Assembly (NCBI GenBank): GCA_023205875.1
Contig: CP060756.1
Span: 310,001 to 374,000 of the forward strand
Reading direction: 5' to 3'
DNA from: Chloropicon primus
Taxonomy: Eukaryota
DNA length: 64,000 nt
Positions 41,368 to 56,957 of the stretch are shown here, piece after piece (position 1 is the first letter of the stretch; each line of letters begins with the position of its first letter). Both the position numbers and the translations under genes were made by a program. Under the pieces are notes generated by a model. It had not been told where the DNA came from. It searched no databases and worked only from the letters and a program-made list of their open reading frames with translations.

Positions 41368-44300
41368 CTACCCTTCTTCTTCCGCCACCTCAAAGGTCCT
41401 GGGCGTCTCCTTGGCGGCGTGCAGGTCCCACATCTTCTCGAAGACCTTCTCAAAGTCCTTGACCCAGGCCTCCGTGTCGAAGAGGGAGCTGGTCATCCTG
41501 GCCTCCTTGAGCTTCCGCCGGAGGCCGAGCCTGTACTCGTGGTCCGTTCCCAGGGCCACCGCGATCTCCTCGTAGTCCGCGCGGTCCCGAGCGATGAGCT
41601 CCGGGCAGCCCACCGAGTACACCAGGGAGGCCGCGACCCTGCTCGCCATCCTGGACAGAGGGAGGGTGACCATGGGGCACCCCGACCACAAGACGTCGCA
41701 GCCCGTGGTGTGGGCGTTGCACAGCGGGGTGTCCAGGAAGACGTCGGCGAGGCCGCTCCGCTTGATGTGCAAGTCCTTGTGGACCACGTTCGTGAAGATG
41801 ATCCTGTCCTCCTCGATGCCCTGCTTGGCGGCCTCGGCCCTGATGTTCATCTCCCCCTCGGGAGGGAACCGGAGGAGCCAGAGCACGCTGTCCGGCACCC
41901 TCTTCAGGACGTTGCACCACGTCTCAAACGTCCTCGGGTCGTACTTGTACAGCTGGTTCGAGCACGAGTACACGATCTTGTCCTCCGGCAGGCCGACCTC
42001 CGCCCTGGTGGGCATGTTCTCCCCGCGGACCACGTCCATGTGCGACTGCTTGTAGTCGTTCGCAAAGTAGCAGTTGGGCATGAGCGCCAGGTTCTCGCTG
42101 TAGCAGTGGTGGAGCTCCGCCGGGGCGACGATCTTGTCCGTGATCAGGTACTGCAGAAAGTCCGCGCCCGTCGTGGCCGGGAAGCCCATGTACGAGCACT
42201 GGATCGGCGCCGGCTTCAGCGCGAAGATCTCGTTCTTGGCGCCCTTGGTGTAACCGTTCAGGTTCACGGCGATCATGATCCCGTCCTGGCTCATCCTCCT
42301 GGCGATGCCCGCCGCGTTCCAGTTGCTCACGTCCACGAAGTGCTCCACCTCGGCGGAGATCTTGGTCCTCCACTCCGACCTGTCGTCGGGCGAAAGGGCG
42401 TAGCAGAAGATCTCAAACTTGGACTTGTCGTGCATCCCGAACACGCTGCCCATCAGGTGGCTCAGAGGGTGGTTCCCAAAGTCGCTGCTCACGTAGCCTA
42501 TCCTGAGCCTCTCGCCGTCGGCCAATGGCCTCTGCTCGGGGTGAGGCAGCCCCCCCACGTTGAAGCTCCTGGCGATGATCTCGCAGTGCCTGGCGTAGGC
42601 CCTGGAGATGCCCAGGGCCATCTCGTCCGTGAAGGGGTAGGCCATGGCGTGGAAGGGCTGCACGGGGGGCAGGGTGTCCGCCTTGAAGCTGTACTGGACC
42701 TGCTTCTCCAGGTTCAGGAAGAGGTCGTTCCTGTCTGTCCAATCGCAGATGCACTGCATGCTGTGGACGTAATTCGCAAAGGCGTCCGGCAGGTCGTTCC
42801 TGAGGTGCAGGGCGTGCCTGTACTCCACGATCGCGTAGTCGTGCTTGCCGCAGTCCTTGTACGCGGAGGCCAGGTTGGTGCGGGCCTCCGGGGAGTCCGG
42901 TTGCAAGGTCCTCACCTGCTGGAAGCAAGCGATGGCCTCCTGGACCCTCCCCTGGAGCTTGAGCACCCCGCCCAGGTTGTTGTACACCACGCACAGCCTC
43001 TGCACGGCCGTGACGGAGAAGAGCGGGGGCAGGGCCCGGTAGATGTTCGCGTTGGGCGCCAGGCCGCACTGGATCCTGATGCAAGTCATGTAGCACGTGA
43101 CGGCGTCCTCCAGGAACCCGGCCTCCCTGAAGGCGTTGCTCAGGTTGTTGTACACCTCGGCAAAGTTGGGGTCGATCTTGATGGCCTCCTTGTACGTCTG
43201 GATCGCCAGGTCGAGCCTCCCCTGCTCGTAGTACACCCCGGCGAGGTTGGCCAGGGCGACCGCGTTCTGCCTGTACATCTTGACGACCTGCAGGTAGCAC
43301 CTCTCCGCCTCGCTGAGGTTCTTGAGCTCCGTGTAGCACAGGCCGAGCCCGGAGTAGGTCTCCGCGCTCCCCGGCTGGAACTCCAGGATGGTCTTGTAGC
43401 AGGAGATCGCCCTGGCGTACTCCCGCTGCTCCTTCCACAGCTCGGCCAGGCCGATCCAGGCCGGGGCGTACTGCCGGTTGTACTGGATGGCCTGCAGGTA
43501 GTAGTACTCCGCCATCTGCCTGCCGTTCGAGCCCCTGGTCGTCCTCCACAGGTCCCCGAGGTTGCTGCACACGACGTACAGCGAGGGGTTGATGTTCAGC
43601 GCAAGGTTGTAGCACTGGATGGCCTGGGCCACCTGGCCCTTCTGCACCAGCAGGCTGGCGAGGTTGTTGTACGAGTCCGTGAACGAGGGCTTGAGGTGGA
43701 TCGCGCTCCTGTAGTGCGCCGCGGCCAGGTCGAGGTCCCCGGACTTCTGCAGGGCGTTGGCCAGGTTGCTGTGGGCCTCCGCCATGTCCGGCTTGAGGGC
43801 GATGGCCCGCCTCGAGCACGCGATGCACTGGTCATAGCTCTTCAGCTGGAAGTGCACGGCGCTCAGGAGCAGGAGGACGTCCGTCCTCTGGGGCTGGGTG
43901 AGGTGGGCGCTGTTGCAGTACGCCAGAGCGTTGCCAAAGTCCCCGCTCTTGTAGAACTGGTGCGCGGCCGCCAGCAGGGTGTTGACCTTGAAGGTGGCGC
44001 TGCTCTGCTGCTTCCGGAGCTGCAGGAGGGACCTCTCCGACATGATCATCGAGGCGACCACCGAGGTCTCGTAGTCGTCCCCCCCCAGCTGCTGCCCCGC
44101 GATCTGGTCGATGGGAACCTCGTACCGCTGGAGCTGCCTCTTCTGCAGGGGGACGGACATGAGCTCCGCCGCGCTCAGCTGCAGGGAGTCTATCCTGTCA
44201 AAGTACCTCACCCCGTAGTGCGGCTTGAGGGACAGGGGGCAGCTGGAGAACCTCAGGACGTGGCCGTACCGGCTCGCGGACGGAAGCGTCGACGTGTACG

Positions 44301-44580
44301 CCGGGGGCGCCAAGTACGACGTCGAGGGGTACTGGCTCCCCTGCTGCCTCTGGACGTGGGCCGAGACCACGTCGCTCTCGCTCGGAAGGACCTCGTAGTG
44401 CGCCGCTGCGGCCACGGTCGTCCCGTTCGGGTACACCACCTGCCCGTCCACCAGGATGGGCTGGTGAGGCAGAAGCGGGGGGGGAGCCATCAGCACGGAA
44501 GGAGACCCAACACCAGGCAATGAGGCGTGCTGCTGCTGGTGGTGCACCACCCGGATGTTGTGCTGCTGGAGAGTCTCCAT
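41368..44580 (-). CDS. SEC: O-GlcNAc transferase (SECRET AGENT-like): TPR array plus GT41 domain
   Basis: Multiple TPRs; PPVQPFH, LRIGYVSSDFGNHPLSHLM, NLNGYTKGA, YMGFPATTGA, NQLYK, LDTPLCNAHTTGCD. Confidence 0.96.
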   Translation of the reverse strand: METLQQHNIRVVHHQQQHASLPGVGSPSVLMAPPPLLPHQPILVDGQVVYPNGTTVAAAAHYEVLPSESDVVSAHVQRQQGSQYPSTSYLAPPAYTSTLPSASRYGHVLRFSSCPLSLKPHYGVRYFDRIDSLQLSAAELMSVPLQKRQLQRYEVPIDQIAGQQLGGDDYETSVVASMIMSERSLLQLRKQQSSATFKVNTLLAAAHQFYKSGDFGNALAYCNSAHLTQPQRTDVLLLLSAVHFQLKSYDQCIACSRRAIALKPDMAEAHSNLANALQKSGDLDLAAAHYRSAIHLKPSFTDSYNNLASLLVQKGQVAQAIQCYNLALNINPSLYVVCSNLGDLWRTTRGSNGRQMAEYYYLQAIQYNRQYAPAWIGLAELWKEQREYARAISCYKTILEFQPGSAETYSGLGLCYTELKNLSEAERCYLQVVKMYRQNAVALANLAGVYYEQGRLDLAIQTYKEAIKIDPNFAEVYNNLSNAFREAGFLEDAVTCYMTCIRIQCGLAPNANIYRALPPLFSVTAVQRLCVVYNNLGGVLKLQGRVQEAIACFQQVRTLQPDSPEARTNLASAYKDCGKHDYAIVEYRHALHLRNDLPDAFANYVHSMQCICDWTDRNDLFLNLEKQVQYSFKADTLPPVQPFHAMAYPFTDEMALGISRAYARHCEIIARSFNVGGLPHPEQRPLADGERLRIGYVSSDFGNHPLSHLMGSVFGMHDKSKFEIFCYALSPDDRSEWRTKISAEVEHFVDVSNWNAAGIARRMSQDGIMIAVNLNGYTKGAKNEIFALKPAPIQCSYMGFPATTGADFLQYLITDKIVAPAELHHCYSENLALMPNCYFANDYKQSHMDVVRGENMPTRAEVGLPEDKIVYSCSNQLYKYDPRTFETWCNVLKRVPDSVLWLLRFPPEGEMNIRAEAAKQGIEEDRIIFTNVVHKDLHIKRSGLADVFLDTPLCNAHTTGCDVLWSGCPMVTLPLSRMASRVAASLVYSVGCPELIARDRADYEEIAVALGTDHEYRLGLRRKLKEARMTSSLFDTEAWVKDFEKVFEKMWDLHAAKETPRTFEVAEEEG

Positions 44581-45635
44581 GTCGTCGTTCGTCGCCTGAG
44601 AGTGTGAGGAGTGGGCGTGCGGGTCTGAGAAAGCGTCGTCAAGGTGTCAGGGACGAACGTACCAAGCAGGCCAACCAAATACCGAACCAAATAACCTCCC
44701 TCCCTCCCTCTCTCGCTTGTGTGGTCCGTGTCGCGCACAACTTTTCGTCCACCCTTATCGCGATATTGGAGCCCTCTCTTGGTTTTTTTTTCCACTTTCG
44801 AGGACGCGAGGTCTCACCTATACGTTTTTCCCTTGAGAGGGAAGCGTTACCATCGTCGTGACGCCGTGACAAAGGGTCTCACGGTCGCGTTCAACGCGCA
44901 ACGCACTCTAGTCCGTGTCCGCTCTCTTCGTCCGCCCCTCGTTAAGCGCAGATTCCATCCACCTTTCCACGCCGTTCGACGAGTTTTCTATGCGAGAAGT
45001 CCTTACTATGTAGTTCTCTCTGTATGAATGTAATTTCTCCCAAAAAATACGTCAAAAATCGAATGAGTCACAAATCCCGAAGGAGTAGAAAACTCACGGT
45101 TTGGTCAAACGTGTCAAATGAGGTGTACGAGAGTACACTCGTTGGTACACAAAGGAGAACGAAAGGGAGGGAAAACCCGAAGGAGGCCCAAGGAGGCGAT
45201 TGAGGTGAGTTTGGGCTCTCTTGAGGAGAGTTTTTCGTCAAGGGGAGGGACGTGAATGTGGAAGGAGAGTGCGTAGACGTCTTCGTCGTCTAGATATCTT
45301 TCCATCGGTCCCCTCCTTGAACGGTTTGGACGACGGCGTCGTCCTACCGCCGGCGACAAAGGTTTGTTTGGAGTGCTGAAACTTAACCGAGAGATTGAAG
45401 TTTTGCTTTGGTGCGATTGAGGGAAGGAGGAAGGCGAAGGAGGAAGGCGAAGGAGGAAGGCGAAGGAGGTCGATCGATCCTCCACTTCGTTCTGTCGTTC
45501 TTTCGGTTCGTTCGCGAGAAGGAGAACTCGGTTCCCTGGAGACGATCCGATCAGCACGGCTCCGGGTAGAAGACCTCTCCCCGTTATTCTAGAGCGCAGG
45601 GCATTCGATAGAGAGAGAGAGAGAGGGAGAGAAGG

Positions 45636-46076
45636 ATGATGATGGAGGACGCGGCGAGAAGCAACGACGGCGGCGAGGTTCCCACGACGGCGACGACTGT
45701 CGTCACCCCCCCTCCGCCTCTTCCTCCAGTGGCTGCCGCGGTGGCCGAAGCTGGTGACGAGGACAAGGCCAGCAAGAGGAGGACGGCCCGGTCGAACGCG
45801 GGGAGGAACAACCAGAGGGATTCCCTCCTCGCCATCGAGCTGCAAGCCGCGCCGAGGAAGCAGCAGGCCAAAACCCCCAGGAAGAAGAGGGCGACGCCCT
45901 CGTCCAAGTCCTCCAAGACCCCGGGCGCCAAAAAGTCCAAGTCCAAGTCCAGGTCGACCCCGCAGAACAGGCGGCTGCGGATGCTGAGGTACCTGGGTCT
46001 GCTGCGGCCTGAGGGGAGCTTCTTCACGTGGTCTCCCCTCGACGGGGAGTGGTACGACCCCATCCAAGGCCTCTGA
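45636..46076 (+). CDS. Small basic uncharacterised protein
   Basis: 146-aa ATG ORF, Lys/Ser/Pro-rich, ending MLRYLGLLRPEGSFF...; typical codon usage. Confidence 0.6.
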   Translation: MMMEDAARSNDGGEVPTTATTVVTPPPPLPPVAAAVAEAGDEDKASKRRTARSNAGRNNQRDSLLAIELQAAPRKQQAKTPRKKRATPSSKSSKTPGAKKSKSKSRSTPQNRRLRMLRYLGLLRPEGSFFTWSPLDGEWYDPIQGL

Positions 46077-46092
46077 GACGAGCAAAGCGGCA

Positions 46093-46192
46093 CGGGGTTA
46101 CGATAATAACGCGGTGCTGGCGGTGACGGACGCACGCCTCGGGGTTACGATAATAACGCGGTGCTGGCGGTGACGGACGCACGCCTCGGGGT
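46093..46192. repeat. Perfect 47-bp tandem duplication
   Basis: CGGGGTTACGATAATAACGCGGTGCTGGCGGTGACGGACGCACGCCT at 46093 and 46140, followed by CGGGGT at 46187. Confidence 0.92.
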
Positions 46193-46555
46193 GGAGGGTC
46201 CGAAGGAGAGAACCTTTCCCCCTTTTCCCTGGCCGGCGGCGCTTTTCTATATATCTATATACATACGCGTGAGGTATTTCGTACGTTTCGTTCCCTCGGG
46301 GTGCCTCCGCCCGTCCCACATCCTTGGAAAGAGAAAGGCGAAGAGAAAGAGGATGAGGCGCTGCATCGGGTGACCTCCCCTTCCCCTCTCCCCTCTCCCT
46401 CCATCACCACCACCACCACCATTCCCTTCGCCCGCCCAGGGATCATTTTTCAGGGTTCCTTGAGAGAGAGAGAGAGAGAGAGAGGGAGAGGCGTAGGCGT
46501 AGTGTCGGGACTCGTGAGTGAGGACTCGTCCGTCGTCGGGTGGCGTGGCGTCGTC

Positions 46556-47801
46556 ATGTCGGTGGTGAAGAAGAAGCTGTCGTCCTCGAGTGGGATCTCG
46601 TGCCACGCTTGGAACGGCGCCCACAACCAGATAGCGTTGTGTCCCGGAACCCCGGAGGTTCAGGTGTATGAAGTGGACGAACAGAGCGGGGAGTACAAGC
46701 TGGTGGGCAGCTTGAAGGAGCACGAGCAGCTCGTGTCCGGCGTGGATTGGGCACCGAAGAGGGACATGATCGTCACCTGCGCTCACGACAGGAACGCTTA
46801 CGTCTGGGAGCGCAACAACGAGGGCAAGGTAAGAAGAGCAAGGACAACGTTCATTCCATTTCATTCACTCGAGACAGAGACCGCACGCAGAGGCAGCTTG
46901 TTGTCCCTTCCGGATACCAGGGGGAGTGAACTGACTCTGGCCCGATCTCCCTTTCTTTCCTCGTCGCATTGTCGTCATCCAGTGGGAGCCGCAAATGTCG
47001 ATGCTCGCGTCGACGTTCAACAGGGCTGCCCTGTGCGTGCAGTGGTCGCCTCGGGAGAACAAGTTCGCCCTCGGAGGAGGGAGCAGGTCGGTGGCTGTGT
47101 GCTACTACCAAGAGGAGAACAACTGGTGGCTGTCCAAGCTAATCAGGAAGAAGCACACGTCCTCGGTGACTTGCGTGAGCTGGCACTCGAACAACTGGCT
47201 CCTGGCGACGGGGTCGAGCGACTTCAAGTGCAGGCTCTTCGCGGCCAACATCTCGAGCGTGGACGCCGACGTCAAGAGGAAGTTCGGCGAGCTCCTGATG
47301 GAGGTCGACGTGGCGAAGAATTGGGTCCACGGCATCACTTGGTCCCCGAGCTGCGCGAGCCTCGCGATCTGCGCCCACGACAGCTGCGTCCACGTCGTGG
47401 ACCTGGAGGGAGAAGTTCCGTCGATCGACAAGGACCCCAAGTGTTACACTGTCAAGTTCCCCCAGCTTCCCCAGTGCGCTGCCCTCTTCCTGGACGAGAA
47501 CAGGCTCGTCTCGGTCGGGTTTCACGACAAACCTTTGCTGTTCAAGCGGGAGTCTGCGGGCACGGGGATGTGGGTCATGGAGGGGGAGCTCAACGCAAAG
47601 GACACGCAGGCTAAGAAGAGCAGCAGCAAGTTCGCCGCGGCGAGCTCGATGTTTGGGGGTTCCGGCAACTCGGGCAACAAGGCCAAGCCAACTTACGCGA
47701 GGGTCAAAACCGATATCAAAAAGATGGTGAAAGATAACCAGGTGGTCAACAAGTTCAGTGTCTCTGGAATGGACCAGAACTTGGACACCGTTACCCTTTG
47801 A
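46556..47801 (+). CDS. ARPC1: Arp2/3 complex subunit 1 (p41, WD40); exons 46556-46828 and 46983-47801
   Basis: ISCHAWN, IVTCAHDRNAYVW, NRAALCVQWSPRENKFA, CYYQEENNWWLSKLIRK, ATGSSDFKCR. Confidence 0.95.
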
Positions 47802-47852
47802 CAAGCTGCTCTAAAGGTCAATCTTATTTAAAATTAATTTATCATTTCCTAA

Positions 47853-51575
<3,723 letters not shown>

Positions 51576-51788
51576 TCCCGATCCGTTATTTAATACCAAA
51601 ATCGAAAACAAAACACAAACACCCAACGATGCAACCATCCATCCTCTCCATCACCTCTGCTTCATCCCAATCCCATCCTCCTGCCTGCAAAACTGCTCCT
51701 CCTTGGCTTGGGCCAGGAGAGAGAGATCTTGCTGCGGCGGGAGGAGGCAAGGGTTGGTTGGAACGAGCGAGCGTGCGGGTGACAAAAG

Positions 51789-52985
51789 ATGTTGCGCGGG
51801 GTGAGCGAGGAGGGCACGCTTCGTGTCCAAGCCAAGCTTGTGGAGTCCCTCCACCAGTTCTCGAAAGCGGAGCCAGAGATACTCGCCAAGTTCGTCACCT
51901 CCGTTTTGGAAGACTTGCAGAGGCGCGACGTTCATGGCGAGGAGAAGATCAAGTCCGCCGTGAAGGCGTCCTTGCTGGAGTTCAACTCGGACGAGGAGGT
52001 CCTCTCCTCCCTCATCGACGGCCTCCTGGTGTCCCTCAGGAACGAGTCGTGGATGCTTCTGACGGATCCCACGCGTTGCAAGGAGGAGAACGAGAGGGAG
52101 AGAGGAGGGGGAGAGGAGAGGCAGGAGAGGGAGAGGCGGTTCAGCTACGACGAGGACGAGGGCGAGAGGAGGGGTCGGGGGGGGCACCGCCGGAAGAGGT
52201 CGAGGTCGAGGTCGAGGTCCCGATCCCCGGCCTACCAAAGGGGAGAGAGACAGAGGGACAGCAGAGGAGGTTATCGTGATAACCGGAGGGACGAGAGGGG
52301 GAGGCGAGGCAGGGATGATCGCCAGGGGTACAGGGATAGGAGAGACCGGAGCGGGTTCAGGGGTGGGAGGGGCGGAGGGAGGGGTGGGAGGGGCGGAGGA
52401 AGTTCCGGGTCCTACCCGAGGGCCAAGACGACCCTCCACGTCTCCGGCTTGCCCCAGCAGGACTACACGGTGATCTCTCGCAAGCTGAAAGCCCACTTCT
52501 ATCGGTTCGGGTACGTCCAAGACATGAAGGTCCTTGGGGAGAACGCCTTCGTGCAGTTTGGCACCAAGAAGGAAGCGGAGGAGGCGATGCGGTGCCCCGA
52601 CGCTATCCTTGGCAACAGGTTCATTTCGTGTGGCTGGGCGAGGAGGGACAACCTTGGCGAGGAGGAGAGGGAGAAGCTACAGAAGGAGAGGGAGAAGAAG
52701 AAGGAGGAGAAGAAGGAGAAGGCCGAGAGGGAGCAGGAGCTCAAGCAGAAGCAGAAGGAGCTCCAGGACAAGCTCAGGGAGCTCCAGGAGAAGCAGAGGC
52801 AGATCAAGGAGAAGCAAGGTCAGACGACGACGACGACGACGACGGGGTCTACTCCCTTGTCCGCCTCCGCTCCTCCATTTGAGATGGGCCGGGGACGCGG
52901 GAGAGGCAGGGGCAGGGGAAGGGGAAGAGGAAGGGGAAGGGGAGGCTTCACCTGGCGCCGGGAGGAAGAGCCCAAGGAAGGATGA
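51789..52985 (+). CDS. RBM26: PWI + RRM RNA-binding protein (RBM26/27-like)
   Basis: AEPEILAKFV (PWI-like), RS/RGG region, HFYRFG...AFVQF...EAEEAMRCPDAILGNRFI. Confidence 0.75.
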   Translation: MLRGVSEEGTLRVQAKLVESLHQFSKAEPEILAKFVTSVLEDLQRRDVHGEEKIKSAVKASLLEFNSDEEVLSSLIDGLLVSLRNESWMLLTDPTRCKEENERERGGGEERQERERRFSYDEDEGERRGRGGHRRKRSRSRSRSRSPAYQRGERQRDSRGGYRDNRRDERGRRGRDDRQGYRDRRDRSGFRGGRGGGRGGRGGGSSGSYPRAKTTLHVSGLPQQDYTVISRKLKAHFYRFGYVQDMKVLGENAFVQFGTKKEAEEAMRCPDAILGNRFISCGWARRDNLGEEEREKLQKEREKKKEEKKEKAEREQELKQKQKELQDKLRELQEKQRQIKEKQGQTTTTTTTGSTPLSASAPPFEMGRGRGRGRGRGRGRGRGRGGFTWRREEEPKEG

Positions 52986-53093
52986 CGACCCCCCAAACGC
53001 ATTCATCATTACCACCAGTGAAAGTAAAAGGCGTAAAGTCTTTGGGTTGTGATGATTTTTTTTTATCAGAGCAAAGCTGCAAAACAAGAGTCC

Positions 53094-53777
53094 TTAGGAC
53101 GAGAGCTCGCGGATTCCCTTGTTCTCAATGATGTCCTCCGCCTTGGGCTCTCTCTCCCCCCTGGCGATCTGCTCCGCGTAGTTGCGCATCGCTCTCGCCA
53201 AGTCCGTTACAGGAAGCCCCCGCGCGCCGATCCACTTTGCAAACTGCTCGCCCCTGCGCGTGAAGCCGCCCCTGTCCAGGAATCCCGGGTGCCAAATCGC
53301 GAGGCTCTTGAAGCCAAGGGACAGGATCGCTTCCTCGCTCCTCGCCTTCGTCCAGACGTAGTTGGAGAAAAAGCGTGGACAAGATCGCATCGTGCCCGCA
53401 GCCGTAACAAGGTGAAAGTGGTCCATACCAGCAGCTCTGCAGACCTTCCCGCACTCTGTCACGTAGTCAAGGTCCACCCTCCTGAAGCCTTTCGCGCCTC
53501 CCGCGTCCCCGTGCGTCGTGCCAAGCGCGCAGAAGGCAACGTCTGCCTTCGTGGCCTCCCCTATCGTCCCTTTCAGGTTCTCATAATCCACCGGACAAAC
53601 GGTGATCTTCTTTCTCGTCTCTTCGCTCGTGCCAGGGAACGCCTCCTCGAGCTCGACCTCCCTCCGGGTCACGGCGTTCACCTTCGTGCAGTGCTCGCTC
53701 GCTGCTAACTCCGCCACAAGGTCCCGTCCCGTCGCCCCAGTCGAACCAAACACCGTCGCCCGAAACGTAGCTGCCAT
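53094..53777 (-). CDS. HTATIP2: NAD(P)-binding oxidoreductase of TIP30/CC3 type
   Basis: VFGSTGATG, DVAFCALGTT, GFRRVDLDYV, YVWTKARSE, LGFKSLAIWHPGFL. Confidence 0.85.
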   Translation of the reverse strand: MAATFRATVFGSTGATGRDLVAELAASEHCTKVNAVTRREVELEEAFPGTSEETRKKITVCPVDYENLKGTIGEATKADVAFCALGTTHGDAGGAKGFRRVDLDYVTECGKVCRAAGMDHFHLVTAAGTMRSCPRFFSNYVWTKARSEEAILSLGFKSLAIWHPGFLDRGGFTRRGEQFAKWIGARGLPVTDLARAMRNYAEQIARGEREPKAEDIIENKGIRELSS

Positions 53778-54016
53778 CTCTCTCTCCCTCCCTCCTCTCT
53801 CTCTGTCCCTCCTTCGAATGAAATCGACGACGCACCAGTCCCTCCCCAACGAAACCCCAGCGATGTGGGTACCAGCGGAAAGGTCACGAGACGCTCCACC
53901 GATCTGTCACCCTTACCGACGCTCTTCTCCAACCAGACGCCTTCCCGGTGCGGTCAACCTCCTCCCTCCCTCGCTCTATCCCTCCTCCTGGTGCTTCTGT
54001 CCAGTACATCGTGGCG

Positions 54017-54308
54017 ATGGCGGACGAGGAGGAGATCGAGGTGTTGTCGGAGGAGGAGATTGAGGTGTTGTCGGGAAGCGAGGAAGCCTCCGGGCCCATC
54101 GTGACGAGGAGTGCCACGCAGAATACGAGGCAGACTCCTTCTCAGCAAGTACAAGATGCTGTGAGCGAGTTCGTGGCGGGTTTTATGGGAGATATGTTGT
54201 CGTACGAGGAGGAGGATGCCGAGGATACCGGGACCGAGGAGGACGAGGACTTGGTGCGTCCCCTATCCCTTTAGTGCTCCGATCATTACCACTCGTGGCT
54301 ACCTTCTG

Positions 54309-54347
<39 letters not shown>

Positions 54348-56243
54348 GGCTTGCTGCTGTGTTCGTAGGTGTGGGATGAGGAGAACGATTCGGACGATTC
54401 CTTCTTGTACTCCGAGGAGGAGGAGTGGGCGTGGTGGGCGGAGCTGGAGGGGGACTTGTCGACGGTGCTGCAAACGCCTGCCGTGGTCGAGAGGGTATGG
54501 GGCTCGAATCCACCAAGCTTCGAGGAGCAGCAGGAGGAGGTTTACGCCTACTACACGCTGTTGAAGCAAGCGCACCAGACGGACGAGTCGCTGAGCGAGA
54601 GGGGGACGAGCAAGCGCTTGTTGGGGGGGGACTCGTGCTGCGTCCTGGACAGCGGGAAGGGGGAGGCGATCGTGTTCGGCGACGGGGACGCGAGCGGGAC
54701 CACCAGGCACATCAACTCGAGCTACGACCACTGCCAGGTGGCGGACTCCATAATCTGCAACTGCTACGACGGGGTGAACGACGAGATCGTGGTGGTCAAG
54801 AAAAGAATGATGCACCTCTACACTGTATCGAGGACCTCCACAGTAGCGAGAAAGGACGCGGACGTATACCTTGGAATAAACCCCTACACGATCGCCAGGT
54901 CAGCGAACGGGGAGTGCATAGTCGTGGGGGGAGATCTGCACGCTATGCTGTTCCACTACAATCGGGAGAAGAGGGAGCTCAAGTACAGCAGCATCTTGGT
55001 CTTTCAGAGGAACCAGGCGTCGGAGTTTCCCATGGCAAACTACGCGACGTTCGGGAAGGTCGGGGGGAAGGAGAGGCTTTTGTTGACGAATCAGAACGGG
55101 AACATTTACATCTTTGAGGTGCCGTCTCGGGGGGAGATCGAGGAGCGCCAGGCGCAGGGCGAAGACCCTTCTCCCCTCTTTATGTGCACCACGTTCTACG
55201 ACAACGTTTGGAACCCGCCCCAAATCAGCAACAGCAGACTCGAGTCGCAGGTGATGACGGTGGGCTCCAGCTCGGTCCAGTCGTGGATCCAGACCGTGAA
55301 TTCCTCCCCAAACCGCGCTCCCAATGCGTTTGAGGTCTACGTGTCCCTTTCGTCTGCCCAGAAAGAGCTCCGCACGAACGTGGTAGGAAAGTTTCCGATA
55401 GCGCTGAACTGCGCCGTGCCCTCGGCCGATTCCAAGTGGCTGGCGGTGGTGGGGGATTCCCAGATGGTCTTCGTCTGCCCGCTGGACAAGATCATCCAGG
55501 GCCACATCATGAAGTACAAGGCCACGTCAACAGAAGTTTACATGCCCTACGTGGTCCGCCTCAAGCTTCCGGGAGGAAAAGCCCTGGCCCACAAACTCCA
55601 GCACAGGCCCGTGGCCAGACCCTACAGCCAGTACTGCGTCTGGAACGACTCCTCCACCTTGCTAGCGGCTTCCAGCGACAATGGCAACTACGTTGCCGTG
55701 TGGAGCTCGAGCAACTGGTCCCTCGTGAAAGTGTTCGAGTACAAAAAGCAGGGGCCTTGCCTGTCCCTTCGCTTCGTCGATGGCTTGGATTCCAGCCTGC
55801 TGTGGGCGGAGGACATCAGCGAGTCGGTCAGCGTTGGAAACGTGTACTGTCCAAAGAAGAAGGACAGGACGTTCCTCAAGCTTCCGGACAGGATGGACAG
55901 GAGGAAGAGGAAGCGCTTGTCCCAAGCCTTCAACAATTTTGGCGGCGGAATGACCAAGGACATCCCTCCCATTCTGGGCCAGAGGATCACGGGCATCGGG
56001 TGCACTACTGGGGGCAACCGGACTTACGTGTACACCGCCAGCACCTCGCAGCTGTCCAGGCACGAGGTCCTGCGGTCGTGGTCCCCCGAGACTCACTCCA
56101 AGTTCACGAGCAAGAAGTTCAAGAAAGCGCTCTTGCAGGTCCTCCTCGGGGCTCGGAGCAGCGCCACCTTGCGCCTTCTCCCGGAGCCAGTCTTGCTGAA
56201 GATTCTCTCGCTGGCTGCGTTTCCAGCGGAGGCTTGGGCTTGA
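54017..56243 (+). CDS. WD40/beta-propeller-like protein with acidic N-terminus; exons 54017-54253 and 54369-56243
   Basis: GTGCGT..TAG intron in phase 0; ALNCAVPSADSKWLAVVGDS, YCVWNDSSTLLAASSDNGNYVAVWS. Confidence 0.7.
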
Positions 56244-56318
56244 GACACGCACCACTGTAATACAAGTTTTTTCTTGTTCATGCTGGTTCTTGGTCATGAC
56301 GCAAGCGAGGGAGCCGCC

Positions 56319-56957
56319 CTACTGTTCCACGTCCCCGCCGTCGCTGCCCTTGCCCTCCTTCCTGTTCAGCCTCACGGAGGAGTCCTCCATCAGCAGGACG
56401 AAGAGATTTCCCTTGTCACCGCGACAGATTCTCATGTCGCCGTCGAGGTAAGTGATTTCCAGCTCCCCCCGCGCCGTCTCCGGAGCCTTGATGGGTATCA
56501 GCCCGAAGATCCAGAACGTCTTGAACTGCACCTTCACGTTGCTCGTCCCGTCCGGCGTCAGCTCGGCGTCGACCCCATTGAACAGGGGAGAAGTCTCTTG
56601 GTTTCTCGCCCTGCCCGAGATGGCGTCCAGGGTTTGGAAGATCGGCCCTCTTGGCTGCAGGAGCTTGTTCTTCCTCTTCCCCAAAATCGACTCGCTCGTC
56701 GTGTACACGAGCTTCCACTGGCCGTTGATCAGGTCAGAGGTCAGAGGTCTGGCCGTGGGGTTGAGCCTCTCCACTGACCTCGCCAGGGAGTCCACCTCGT
56801 CCTGCTCCTCCTCGCTCGCGACCAGGCCGCGCTTCAGGGGCTCGATGGCCGTCAACAGGCGAGCCTTCTGCACCGCCCTATCACTCGGCGAGTTCCCTCC
56901 GAACCTCGGCGCCCCGATCCTCAGCGTCGCCCTCGTCCCCAAACGAACCGAAACCAT
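56319..56957 (-). CDS. Plastid lipid-associated protein (PAP/fibrillin)
   Basis: LERLNPT-like motif, LINGQWKLVYTT, GELEITYLDGDMRICRGDKGNLFVL. Confidence 0.92.
   Translation of the reverse strand: MVSVRLGTRATLRIGAPRFGGNSPSDRAVQKARLLTAIEPLKRGLVASEEEQDEVDSLARSVERLNPTARPLTSDLINGQWKLVYTTSESILGKRKNKLLQPRGPIFQTLDAISGRARNQETSPLFNGVDAELTPDGTSNVKVQFKTFWIFGLIPIKAPETARGELEITYLDGDMRICRGDKGNLFVLLMEDSSVRLNRKEGKGSDGGDVEQ

Noticed and set aside
41329..44523. 1064-aa + strand ORF
   Set aside because: Antisense mirror of the OGT gene produced by high-GC3 codon bias; no recognisable domain.
44600..45600. Search for tRNA/snoRNA in the longer intergenic gaps
   Set aside because: No cloverleaf, TPsiC arm or convincing C/D box pair seen; an Infernal/Rfam scan is needed to exclude them.
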